From Candidatus Omnitrophota bacterium (GTDB taxonomy: Bacteria; Omnitrophota; Gorgyraeia; Tantalellales; Tantalellaceae), in contig JBDRKO010000012.1 in the NCBI GenBank assembly GCA_043813915.1, forward strand, positions 37,457-101,456: a stretch of 64,000 bases of DNA, in the 5' to 3' direction. The notes under the pieces were generated by a model. That model was given only the letters and a program-made list of their open reading frames with translations. It did not search any database and was not told where the DNA came from. Numbering within the stretch: the stretch's first letter is position 1; each line of letters begins with the position of its first letter. Shown piece by piece: positions 12,101 through 17,709 of this stretch. The position numbers and the translations under genes are program-made.

Positions 12101-12145
12101 ATTGAGCTTCACAGGGCAATACAATCTGCCCTTCAGGCGGCATAA
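158..12145 (+). CDS. Giant repetitive protein of unknown function, at least 3995 aa. The reading frame stays open, with no stop, from nt 2 to 157, so the gene may begin upstream of the window.
   Basis: It is an uninterrupted 12-kb ORF with coding-like composition. Internal protein repeats include RGSGFREIPGRK..ARLTDDRGIVWEEY (twice), SLFHEI.EYL..HYLLRILQRE (twice) and two roughly 150-aa tandem modules near the C-terminus. The N-terminus has no signal peptide. Confidence 0.75.
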   Translation: MIKENQSPSQVKQHMEEILQTKITKEVNEASDSTRFLPAQKLGKVLACIFKLGGKIDKATSKAFKLFSLELEPEGDSNTAHGEIIRSCFMSLPELTMQNPPVDPPVYKSQKGQRMKALSNIPGEAAAGILRLLKDAEPYKVLGRTIIYKTNEGYTAFKFLKKEQTLQPNGSYAEKREDSGKLVYESEIFDFLNTLKHEKRALQGDYPTAVKIGGERMFCIKTETVPGALSGTPGIDKTGGFCTFMAYETEDPDYFVYLHEEENDKKAEKAAEKNIHDLFFLAKYGLIHPDIIELFHNITAVPRDDEGKYLGMVDISRPIINRRGTGRLHGWEKEVTYPNMRISGAADFAELVNINDLISLDNGHSKYLRKNLYKMQEEKRVQHILAHFFSNYFLSWVLVEGKRLKQHGKIIKQDWKDADKVKKLGDRAKNIYIKAYKTFINSNGEDLEAIVDWDMLARQMLFYLGGAYKDYDIEDIPANIHGMQGLRISHGDGWGFIHEDIIKEATEKNDKERVLDEYFDNAVSSADREFPEGVLIFKPGFEELLGKEENKQLAGILGKLYKEYAKGWRLDGKHEDLGPINGPFPITELIKANYIYTMAMIGRYAYGSRLEKNPESQDPGVSVRGSGFREIPGRKTEYNDRGQIARLTDDRGIVWEEYFYKEEGVFEAVDLYNPVTGKRIRCEPDKAPQKRPEYAKILIKIEEKNGQFRQVGDMNINADSKALFCVANIQLPETGEEKTRGKGIGKTVLRWIDMQAYRQSKPLEIEQAVNPVMAHIAGTLYEVSRLKITVGDKSYSDIHEEEELRNLLFERTYLLSLPGDFTYLTVGKGSDEVSIERVYNSRTGQLVKDNKLPPGYDYKIDKEKKRLIITDPKGNPARLEYFPGITFVGLPDVGKIVKTQEMENDQRVKGQGSGDRVKGPGFREIPGRKIEYNDRGQIARLTDDRGIVWEEYQYRDDGTIDYVSLHNPVTGRTIKCEYKGYPGGIPGNQKWVISREVEENGPVPIGKLIIQEGQDAATGQRYIRQSNLSIRDKDDRNKGISKTVKIWFALRAYRESKVLKFAAIWSPLSAKIDIGVCDISSLRISKEKSARSGGKLIVFSDGEDLKRQLLEQEFYFQGPTGLVRISVEPGTQEIVTTTNWPKEYTREIKDGELVVNDENGERISIRYEDSFYFEGLPDVKKIVGVQDVEESQGSSPSASLGTRESPAAAGSPLAEKSQSSGSNGPGKTEIERINIEELRELITGIHEYIIRPGSPYALESGLCLSTNVVLYRTIKNIRTIKNEIIKNGGTRGRVAADMPEPKAEICRKQIGAEEHWFLLVDSDFVVDIFPNYTGRRTGLHKTVIVMTKKEAEELNGWYKNAEQSKMNNHTLENIRRMESEMAKTGADIALREWLDTQIDRRMRVEKIKDEKDTAQMMKKTNTVETDPEKVFIGNLKGLMTGFYGTFVGERSIYRAFERGDKGIDLSLLRLFAKISGKVPELNVELCYSDNAETKYWYLLVNSRIIVSMYPPEEFNSEWIVMTEEDAALESKLYDRKNRNKITGTTVFERARKRWDNPAMEEYEPMVDELIEKWLKYRVNNIGSPAKEKESIRNGHSNPRDTSENFRNIGKVYDDNMDIAVTQTSEKEAQLEVTAYNARNQKEETFHLNASIHGPPTKEQKQRITDTAKKEHKSLIATILSLFPDDIPLYILTDPLKEDLFGFASIKNKFIALHRTIKDDPVALFHEIGEYLIRVPSLVSRVSRLQLELDEKNRLTVTINGERQEPVVLSEATLKFIEDEKMEGEWGPNWQTSQHYLLRILQREVFGKADETLTEKIIDGQMTARMEKEGSRAEPWGPIKVNGLSIYAKEVIKPSEIRKTLDIWFDGKEERYFLREQWEKAINAAIKRARPAFLVKIESQEGELMGISYCHKGLFPFEEGEADIYIGDFSEIPGKYRGKGLGEVIMAKGMERMVSAHRDGIDREEIYVGHPAEHDEEEYADKGKRAERFLYQLGFNDICFSWFETLSQEDKAKSRFMGISAYKAQGLVNRVKGMIGGTRKTISKPKQMKLFPQAPEQLKLFPEVSSTSGENIAELEKARKKAVRIKRKLKKKKITDKQLSLFQREKGPENTGLGEDMLKKTLEEQGVDINRVSEFLADFSKNIKEEKKNTFLIQLADCFRESKKTRLGTKLEIMEPYLSDVMDSLQIKMDMANFHFTINHGTTSVGYMAESVNIKNEYHDFTIYLIEEEIDKTYTVNLLVDIDKCLATQPRLADAIMKLCDDRGTTIGIAKQAANNKKGTEGRINGIATRSKDGERQLIVLPLYDVNGEKIGYEKPAGYAYDADVLIDGRRVTRLEAILSHEIAYLFLRRTQKSQKWILKVDQKRIKKFTEKHSEIEWDIKRYEENMEEGLFELVFEIYGMRAERINAEFDFRSLSLEEKETVLKKTFVSAESSFNVHEFFADTLAAYWLVPEFVKEKDRIMFDLFEAIGVWKDIEKGARTDDENNVTDPPGRIGKYYTEIIADDEPGENRWIVKAMRHGASKEAAIDLGRTFRAPPVDDEVKTEIRDAVDSRDASRKTAYKELVKEILEQFPQKTVLYIYKNLYRDLFGFNDVSKKMMALYRELYDDKKTRPVSLFHEICEYLGTLKVIGIRARGDKLFVRIKGRETEVDVRRARKSLKEDGEDWINWTEQEINKPENRHYLLRILQREIFGEKDELLTKKIKDLGERGYRRSAETDTKKAGMATLDQMIRELARDMDITGMENEIKVFYEKYIRLAMRVPVGGQILLSSIRAEHIADMFYLKKAYQFDLFELLEGKRETKWVKRDGAVTDEYVFYNRNDGTYVNKVSEAGKKTFLGKATDGRFGLEDRAHDGGRNIGNFRIKTFSLNKWFQKTEGEMSLNIDRGKDTNDPYALCRYYETIGAHVDWRLLSGSMLITGGLDAGISTKKETERIEGLEKYVRNVWSQRKRDRYFRLTKDIETARLAEANQAFTDAHMDVDIDSLRKIQPEEVAEFIQHYDGATRELEKDMALNDEVKARLGSFCRKYLEIKEEFIRCGYAPEDEYMVKCFNGEIIADMFYLAEKDGFNVLDLRSKNRTKWMKEENGITIHYEFEKEKDRSVSMYEVDQNKPRRKIACFNEFSYYLDDLDADGGKNLGNFLTKTVYFLLWANKKQKKTEFVISFEISGALKEYYMTTGARIGSRTDFGDEIARVDLVGGLRAGILTPQQAKRIKDPNGRHRLNPFIWRVWSQRKLDRYFRLTKAIETEKLVEANRAFTEARAATDIEDLQKIQPEEVAEFIKTYLTEKVKEETDTIVFAHGTTKDAISNLDAGFLKKKLSFQGGRVEDILRLIGTHIEGKLYGDEKEMLIYCLSELLVNTHFRGKETMGTEAYLYVPEKRRDPGVLKFVVSQKGIREERYWGILKKTAAKFSQKGNKGYEYFMDVIQRKKDRTRVGDGSALFWVGRLMERTNVYLEYTRKGEEIITNIWIDLGPLLEGDAHDEQGKETVVFAHGMTEGDINVFKKIEEEKEPVRMPGAGHVINFVRAETGKNIWRSKSYAFGECLGELLNNACMRGNGVVSSHAYVYEAGEHKEYILRFNISQKGLNEEVYWHLLKRTAKNFAQQDKKGPAYLQDTEKREREEITIGGGSGFKFVGRLMEETDVYLEYTRNGENIETDIWVRLEPFLGETFDAGQKETTIRDLAGEMIIKKITKAKIQQVDRKSQELRTRLKNSWAVMPEESRKTPIDIVIDLSLVSKEDLQENIETWAYLFLLLFKQENVNFVFEKGSEILKGVRLSEELANDVAQAPEVEDVLRDLKAAIKKNAKFSDFQLEDEKFDKILDKRVKTVRSEPILLENREKPEKPVEITVTSQECLIWASKNDKLLEENQYPIAMEGFTLNEAGGVPLRNFEAAVMIGFAKALLVLAKRRDIRKKPGEERELPLLKKRLLNQLNGLYSLCIDDIIRFTEDTLDSMVHTSPIVRLNLAIDLALSKITRMPVGGLIELHRAIQSALQAA

Positions 12146-12501
12146 AAGAGACAGAAACAGGAGCCGGGGGTTAAACCCCGGCTGCAATTGTGGATAGTGT
12201 GCAAAGCGGATATCTCATCAATGTGTCATTCCGAGCGGAGTGATGAGCGATAGCGAGAGAACGGAGTCGAGGGATCTGATAAGAGAAAATATCTCTCAGC
12301 TCGTTCGTCGTTCTACTTCTTGCTCGCTTGAGATGGCGGTGTGGTTTATGGTTTAGAGCCTACGGTCGTATATATATTGACTTTCTACTATTAATTGTTA
12401 AAATAATGTTTAATATGGGCGTCCTTATGAACAAAGCAATGGTCCATGGCCGTTTGCTGTAAGGTGTTTTTGTTTTTATCGAAAAATGGGGGGAAAGATA
12501 T

Positions 12502-12999
12502 ATGGAACAGACACTCATTCTCATTAAACCTGACGGATTAAAAAAATCTTTGACAGGCAATATCCTGACCAGGCTTTCCGAGACCAAGCTGGATATCGTG
12601 GCCGCGAAAATGGTCCGGGTTTCCAGGGAACTCGCGGAAGAGCACTATAGAGCTTTAAAAAATGAACCTTTCTTTGAAGAGCTCGTTAAATACATAATGG
12701 GCGATTATCACAAAAAAAAGGTAATGGCGCTGATCTATGCCGGAGAAGATTCCATAAGAAAAGTCCGGGATATCTGCGGGAAAACGAACCCGGAAGAGGC
12801 GGACTCCGTGTCAATACGGGGGGCATACGGACGGATCACCACAAAAGGCGTATACGAGAACGTTATACACGCTTCCGCGAATCCCGATGACGCCGAAAGA
12901 GAGATCAAATTATGGTTCGATCCGGATGAGATACTGGAAGACGTGTATCCGTTCGAGATCACTGAAGAGACCGTAAAACGAAAAAAATGGACGGTTTAA
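12502..12999 (+). CDS. ndk: Nucleoside diphosphate kinase.
   Basis: The N-terminus LILIKPDG and the motif NVIHASANPDDAEREIKLWF match Ndk. A GGGG RBS lies upstream. Confidence 0.85.
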   Translation: MEQTLILIKPDGLKKSLTGNILTRLSETKLDIVAAKMVRVSRELAEEHYRALKNEPFFEELVKYIMGDYHKKKVMALIYAGEDSIRKVRDICGKTNPEEADSVSIRGAYGRITTKGVYENVIHASANPDDAEREIKLWFDPDEILEDVYPFEITEETVKRKKWTV

Positions 13000-13000
13000 A

Positions 13001-13885
13001 ATGATACGATCGATGACTGGATTCGGCAAAGGAAGAGAAAGATTCAGCGGCGGAATGATCGAAGTCGAGATAAAAACGCTGAACCATAAAACGCTAAGTA
13101 TAACCTGTAATCCCGTAGAAGACCTTTTTCTCGCGGAACAGCAGCTCCAGAAACTTGTAGAGGAAAAAATATTCAGAGGAAAGGTGTTTGTCAGGATATC
13201 GAAAGAAAGAACAAAAGAAGCCGCTGTCCCGCGCAAAATGATACTGAACGAAAAGACCGCAAGAGCATACCTGAGAAAGATAAATACCCTCAAAGGAAAG
13301 CTGAAGCTCAAAGGGAATATAGAGATCCGGGATATAATAGCCTATCCCGGGGTCATGGAAATATCAAAAGAAGAGGAAAAAGCGGTATCCTGGACGATTA
13401 TCAGAAAAGCGGCGTTAAAGGCCTTGGATGGACTTATCGCTTACAGAAAAACGGAAGGGGAAAAACTTGCCAAAGATTTCAAAAAGAGGCTGGCCCGGAT
13501 AGAAAAAGACCTGAAAAACATAAGGGAACACAGCAAAGAAAGCGTGAAGGACCATAGGGCAAAGCTCATACAGTCCACCAAAGAGATCCCGGGGACTGGA
13601 AAGATCGACAGGACAAAACTGGGCGAAGAAATAGCGCTTTTCGCGAGGAACTGCGATATCACGGAAGAGATAACACGGTTGGGAGGCCATGTTTCGGCTT
13701 ATAGATCGGCCATATCCGGCTCGGAGAAAGATGTCGGCAAAAAACTTGATTTTATAGCTCAGGAAATGCAGAGAGAAGCCAACACGATAGGAGCCAAATC
13801 GAGCGATTTCAGCATCTCCAAAGCGGTAATAGAGATAAAAAGCGAAATAGAAAAGATCAGGGAACAGATCCGGAATATAGAATAG
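13001..13885 (+). CDS. yicC: YicC-family protein.
   Basis: The N-terminus MIRSMTGFGKG is characteristic of YicC, and the size (294 aa) fits. Confidence 0.75.
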   Translation: MIRSMTGFGKGRERFSGGMIEVEIKTLNHKTLSITCNPVEDLFLAEQQLQKLVEEKIFRGKVFVRISKERTKEAAVPRKMILNEKTARAYLRKINTLKGKLKLKGNIEIRDIIAYPGVMEISKEEEKAVSWTIIRKAALKALDGLIAYRKTEGEKLAKDFKKRLARIEKDLKNIREHSKESVKDHRAKLIQSTKEIPGTGKIDRTKLGEEIALFARNCDITEEITRLGGHVSAYRSAISGSEKDVGKKLDFIAQEMQREANTIGAKSSDFSISKAVIEIKSEIEKIREQIRNIE

Positions 13886-14000
13886 ACATGACCCTTGCGG
13901 GGCATTGAAGGATGCAGAAGGGTGTAATGTTCTATGTGTTATGTGTAATGCCCGACAATTCGGAAGAGCCTCTTTAGCGAGGAAGAGAAAAACGGGAATC

Positions 14001-14579
14001 ATGAAAAAAGATCCTTTGATCATAGTTGTATCGGCGCCGTCGGGAAGCGGAAAGACCACGCTTACGGAACGTATCTTGGAAAAAATGGACGGTATAAGAA
14101 GATCGGTCTCTTATACGACCCGGCAGCCGCGTGATGGTGAAAAAGACGCACAGGATTATGTTTTTATCTCGGAAAAAGATTTCAAAGAGAAGGCCGATAA
14201 CGGGGAATTCCTGGAATGGGAAGAGAATTTCGGGAATTTTTACGGAACCCCGTTAGATCAGTTCCGAACCGCCATGGAAGAGGGTGTCGATGTGATCCTC
14301 AGTATCGATGTTAAAGGCGGAAAGACCGTAAAAGAGAAATTCCCGGAAAGCGTGAGCGTTTTTATTATTCCGCCTTCGGTCAAGGAGCTTGAGGAGAGAC
14401 TTAGGAACAGGAATACCGACCGGGAAGAACAGGTAGCGATGAGACTTGAAGAGTCCAAGAGAGAGATGGCGGCCGCGGACAGATACGATTATCTGATCGT
14501 GAATGAAGATCTTGATAAGGCATCAGAAGAACTGATGACTATCATCGAGAAAGAAAGGGAAAGCAGGAACAGGGCTTAA
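14001..14579 (+). CDS. gmk: Guanylate kinase. The likely start is the ATG at 14001; the ORF-track start at 13905 is probably too long.
   Basis: It has the P-loop SAPSGSGKTTL and the motif YTTRQPR.GE.DG.DY.F. Confidence 0.85.
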   Translation: MKKDPLIIVVSAPSGSGKTTLTERILEKMDGIRRSVSYTTRQPRDGEKDAQDYVFISEKDFKEKADNGEFLEWEENFGNFYGTPLDQFRTAMEEGVDVILSIDVKGGKTVKEKFPESVSVFIIPPSVKELEERLRNRNTDREEQVAMRLEESKREMAAADRYDYLIVNEDLDKASEELMTIIEKERESRNRA

Positions 14580-14604
14580 AGCGAAATGAGGGGGAAGGAT
14601 ACCG

Positions 14605-14799
14605 ATGGAAGGAATATCGAGAGAAGATCTGATAATAAAGACAGGAAGTATCTACAAACTGTGTAACCTTGCGGCTTTGAGAGCTATAGAGCTGAACGGC
14701 GGGATGAAAAAACTGATAGAAGCCGACAAAAGCGAAAAGGTAACGACGATAGCCATAAGAGAGATAGCGGCGGGTAAAGTTCGCATGAAAATGGACTGA
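14605..14799 (+). CDS. rpoZ: DNA-directed RNA polymerase subunit omega.
   Basis: It is 64 aa and lies immediately after gmk, the conserved gmk-rpoZ order. It carries the motif NLAALRAIEL...IAIREIAAGK. Confidence 0.7.
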   Translation: MEGISREDLIIKTGSIYKLCNLAALRAIELNGGMKKLIEADKSEKVTTIAIREIAAGKVRMKMD

Positions 14800-14806
14800 T
14801 AATAAG

Positions 14807-15373
14807 ATGGTGAAAAAAGAAAAAAACATATTACTGGGGATAACCGGTAGTATCGCGGCTTTTAAGGCCTGCGACCTTATCGGCATGTTCAGGAAAAAAG
14901 GGTTCTCTGTCAGATGCGCGATGTCGGAAGATGCCGGATGGTTCGTTACTCCGCTGACCCTTGAGACCCTGACCGGTAAAAAGGTCCTGCAAGACCTGTT
15001 CGAACTTCCGGAAGACCGCTCACCGGCTCATATAGCGGCCGCGGACGAGGCCGATATAATACTCATAGCCCCGGCTACGGCAGACATGATCGGGAAAATC
15101 GCATGCGGATTGTGCCCTGACATCCTTGCGTGCACGGTATTGGCTACGGACAGTCCGGTAGTTTTCGCTCCGGCTATGAACGACAAGATGTTCAATAATC
15201 CTATGGTTCAAGATAATATCGCCAAGCTGAAAGGGAAAGGGTATTTTTTTATAGACCCGGTAAAAGGACAGCTAGCTTGCGGGAAAGAAGGAATAGGACA
15301 TCTAGCGCCGCTTGATACCATAGTGGAAACAACGGAACGGATACTCAAGAACGCCTCAAAAAGTACGTCATAA
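14807..15373 (+). CDS. coaC: Phosphopantothenoylcysteine decarboxylase (flavoprotein, CoaC half).
   Basis: It carries the N-terminal flavoprotein motifs ILLGITGSIAAFKA...PAMN. Confidence 0.8.
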   Translation: MVKKEKNILLGITGSIAAFKACDLIGMFRKKGFSVRCAMSEDAGWFVTPLTLETLTGKKVLQDLFELPEDRSPAHIAAADEADIILIAPATADMIGKIACGLCPDILACTVLATDSPVVFAPAMNDKMFNNPMVQDNIAKLKGKGYFFIDPVKGQLACGKEGIGHLAPLDTIVETTERILKNASKSTS

Positions 15374-15374
15374 A

Positions 15375-16043
15375 ATGCCCCGAAAACCAGAACAAAAAAA
15401 GATCATTAAAAAGAATATCCTGATAACGGCCGGACCGACAATAGAGCCCATAGACCCGGTGAGGTATCTTACCAACCGTTCTTCGGGTACAATGGGGTAT
15501 AAGATAGCCGAAAAAATGATCGCGGCAGGCCACGAAGTATGTATTATATCAGGCCCTGTCAGCGTTTCTCCGCCTTCCGGAGCCGAGATCATATCCGTGG
15601 AGACGGCGGATGAGATGAACAAAGAAGTGATCGGGCGGATAGACGCGTGCGATTGTATTATCATGGCCGCGGCGGTTTGTGATTTCAGGCCCGCGAGAAA
15701 GGAAAACCGGAAGATAAAAGAACTGGGAAAATATACGCTCGAGATGGTGCGTAATCCCGACATATTAAAAGGCGTGAGAGACCGGAATATCATCAAGATC
15801 GGGTTCGCGCTCGAGACGGATGACCCGATAAAGAACGGCAAAAAAAAACTTGCGGAAAAAGAACTGGATGCCATCATCGTGAATTCGAAGACGGACAAGA
15901 ACGATCCTTTCGGCAAAGCGGAGGTAAAAAGGGAATACATTCTGATCAAACCGGGTGACGACGTGAGAACGATAAAGGACGTGACCAAGGACGAGATGGC
16001 CGAAATGATCAAAAAAGAGGTCGAGAAGATGCTATGGGTCTGA
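15375..16043 (+). CDS. coaB: Phosphopantothenate-cysteine ligase (CoaB half).
   Basis: It carries the motifs ITAGPTIEPIDPVRYLTNRSSGTMG. It starts 1 nt after the coaC stop, in another frame. Confidence 0.8.
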   Translation: MPRKPEQKKIIKKNILITAGPTIEPIDPVRYLTNRSSGTMGYKIAEKMIAAGHEVCIISGPVSVSPPSGAEIISVETADEMNKEVIGRIDACDCIIMAAAVCDFRPARKENRKIKELGKYTLEMVRNPDILKGVRDRNIIKIGFALETDDPIKNGKKKLAEKELDAIIVNSKTDKNDPFGKAEVKREYILIKPGDDVRTIKDVTKDEMAEMIKKEVEKMLWV

Positions 16044-16489
16044 AGAATTGGGCTAGCAAAGGGTTCACCATAAGCGAGCTGCTGGTAGTTATGATCATAG
16101 TTTTCGCAGCGGGATTGGTCCTGCTGCCTGCCGTTAAATACAGCAGCAGCAGGATGGATAAGACCATATGCACGAATAATCTCAGAGAGATGGGTCTTGC
16201 GCTTTACATATACGCCGAGGAACACGGAGGAGAATTTCCCCCGTCGATCAAAGCTTTGTATGAACAGGGGTATCTATCGGATGAACGGATAACGGATTGT
16301 CCCGCAAACAAGGATAAGGGAACGCCTGAACAGCCAGATTACATATATACGGCGGGATTATCCGCCAAAAGCTCCTCTAACGGCGTTTTGCTCAAAGATA
16401 GAGCTAAGAACCATTCCTCGGAGTGGAAAAATGTCATGAGAGTCGACGGGACCATATCAGCAGGGGAAGAGAACAATAAAGCGGATTGA
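16034..16489 (+). CDS. Prepilin-type N-terminal cleavage/methylation domain protein (type IV pilin or pseudopilin-like).
   Basis: The leader MGLKNWASKG is followed by FTISELLVVMIIV, which is the G|FTxxE motif followed by a hydrophobic helix. Confidence 0.7.
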   Translation: MGLKNWASKGFTISELLVVMIIVFAAGLVLLPAVKYSSSRMDKTICTNNLREMGLALYIYAEEHGGEFPPSIKALYEQGYLSDERITDCPANKDKGTPEQPDYIYTAGLSAKSSSNGVLLKDRAKNHSSEWKNVMRVDGTISAGEENNKAD

Positions 16490-16592
16490 CAATTTCCTCG
16501 TATTGTGATAGCTTAACTGGTTATTACAGAATAGCTTATAGTCCGCAAGGCGGGTATTTTAACGATACGGGCGCGAACTTTAAGACAAAAAG

Positions 16593-16666
16593 GGCGCGGT
16601 GGCCGAGAAGCTAGGCAGCGGTCTGCAAAACCGCGTACACCGGTGCGAATCCGGTCCGCGCCTCCA
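16593..16666 (+). tRNA. tRNA-Cys (anticodon GCA).
   Basis: It folds as a cloverleaf by hand. The acceptor is GGCGCGG/CCGCGCC, the anticodon stem is GCGGT-CTGCAAA-ACCGC, the T-arm is ACCGG-TGCGAAT-CCGGT, and the 3' CCA is encoded. Confidence 0.8.
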
Positions 16667-17502
16667 TTCTTCTTCGCCCTTCGATAATGGGGGAAAACTG
16701 GTAGGGCTTCGAAGAAACAAGTTCTTGGTATGAGGTAAGCGAAGAAGAATGCCTCTGCGAAGCCTCACCGGAGGGGCTCTAGAGGAAGGCGAAGCAGGGC
16801 AAACCTTCGCCCTTCGATAATGGGGCGTGATGGTACGAAGTTTCTTCGAAGCTGTACCGTTGTTTACTTTTTGAACAGCGAAGAAGAAGGGCTTCGAAGA
16901 AACAAGTTCTTGGTATGAGGTAAGCGAAGAAGAATGCCTCTGCGAAGCCTCACCGGAGGGGCTCTAGAGGAAGGCGAAGCAGGGCAGATACGGTATAGAT
17001 AATAGTAGTATTAGGTTACATGTATATTGATATTGTAACATAGCGGGCGGTTAGCTCAGATGGTTAGAGCGCCACGTTGACATCGTGGAGGTCACCGGTT
17101 CGATCCCAGTACCGCCCACCATTCTTCTTCGCCCTTCGATAATGGTGCGCATTGGTACGAAGTTTCTTCGAAGCTGTACCGTTGTTTACTTTTTGAACAG
17201 CGAAGAAGAAGGGCTTCGAAGAAACAAGTTCTTGGTATGAGGTAAGCGAAGAAGAATGCCTCTGCGAAGCCTCACCGGAGGTTCTTTTGAGAAAGGCGAA
17301 GCAGGGCAAACCTTCGCCCTTCGATAATGGTGCGCATTGGTACGAAGTTTCTTCGAAGCTGTACCGTTGTTTACTTTTTGAACAGCGAAGAAGAAGGGCT
17401 ACGAAGAAACAAGTTCTTGGTATGAGGTAAGCGAAGAAGAATGCCTCTGCGAAGCCTCACCGGAGGTTCTTTTGAGAAAGGCGAAGCAGGGCAGACCTTC
17501 GC
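16667..17502. repeat. Tandem array of about 4 copies of a roughly 190-bp unit; the first copy is shorter. The unit reads ttcttcttcgcccttcgataatgg...ggtacgaagtttcttcgaagctgtacc...gcctctgcgaagcctcaccggagg...aggcgaagcagggca. The array is interrupted by tRNA-Val.
   Basis: The copies can be aligned directly, at more than 90% identity. Each tRNA 3' CCA is followed immediately by the unit start TTCTTCTTCGCCC. Confidence 0.85.
17045..17121 (+). tRNA. tRNA-Val (anticodon GAC).
   Basis: The acceptor is GGGCGGT/ACCGCCC, the D-arm is GCTC..GAGC, the anticodon stem-loop is CCACG-TTGACAT-CGTGG, and the CCA is encoded. The T-stem has one mismatch. Confidence 0.85.
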
Positions 17503-17709
17503 CTGTGCTGGATGCCTATATTTCATGTAGCTACGGCGGACTAGGCGACATTAAGAAAAGGCGAAGGTTGTCCTCCGTAGTCGAGTGATATCTAAATAGA
17601 TTGACGAAGGAGGACCATTAGAGCATTGGAGCATTAAAAGGGTTATATAGTGGGTTCCATTGCGGTCCATTGTTCGAATGCTCGAATGTTCAAGATATAC
17701 AGGAAAAAC

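Noticed and set aside
16667-17502. Possible CRISPR array, because of regular tandem repeats.
   Set aside because: The units are about 190 bp, contiguous with no unique spacers. They contain internal inverted repeats and directly abut tRNA 3' ends. That is not CRISPR architecture.
17520-17709. T-box leader upstream of thrS.
   Set aside because: The region is only about 190 nt. A hairpin (CTACGGCGGAC...GTCCTCCGTAG) is present, but I see no T-box consensus (AATTAGGGTGGNACCGCG) and no clear specifier or antiterminator arrangement.
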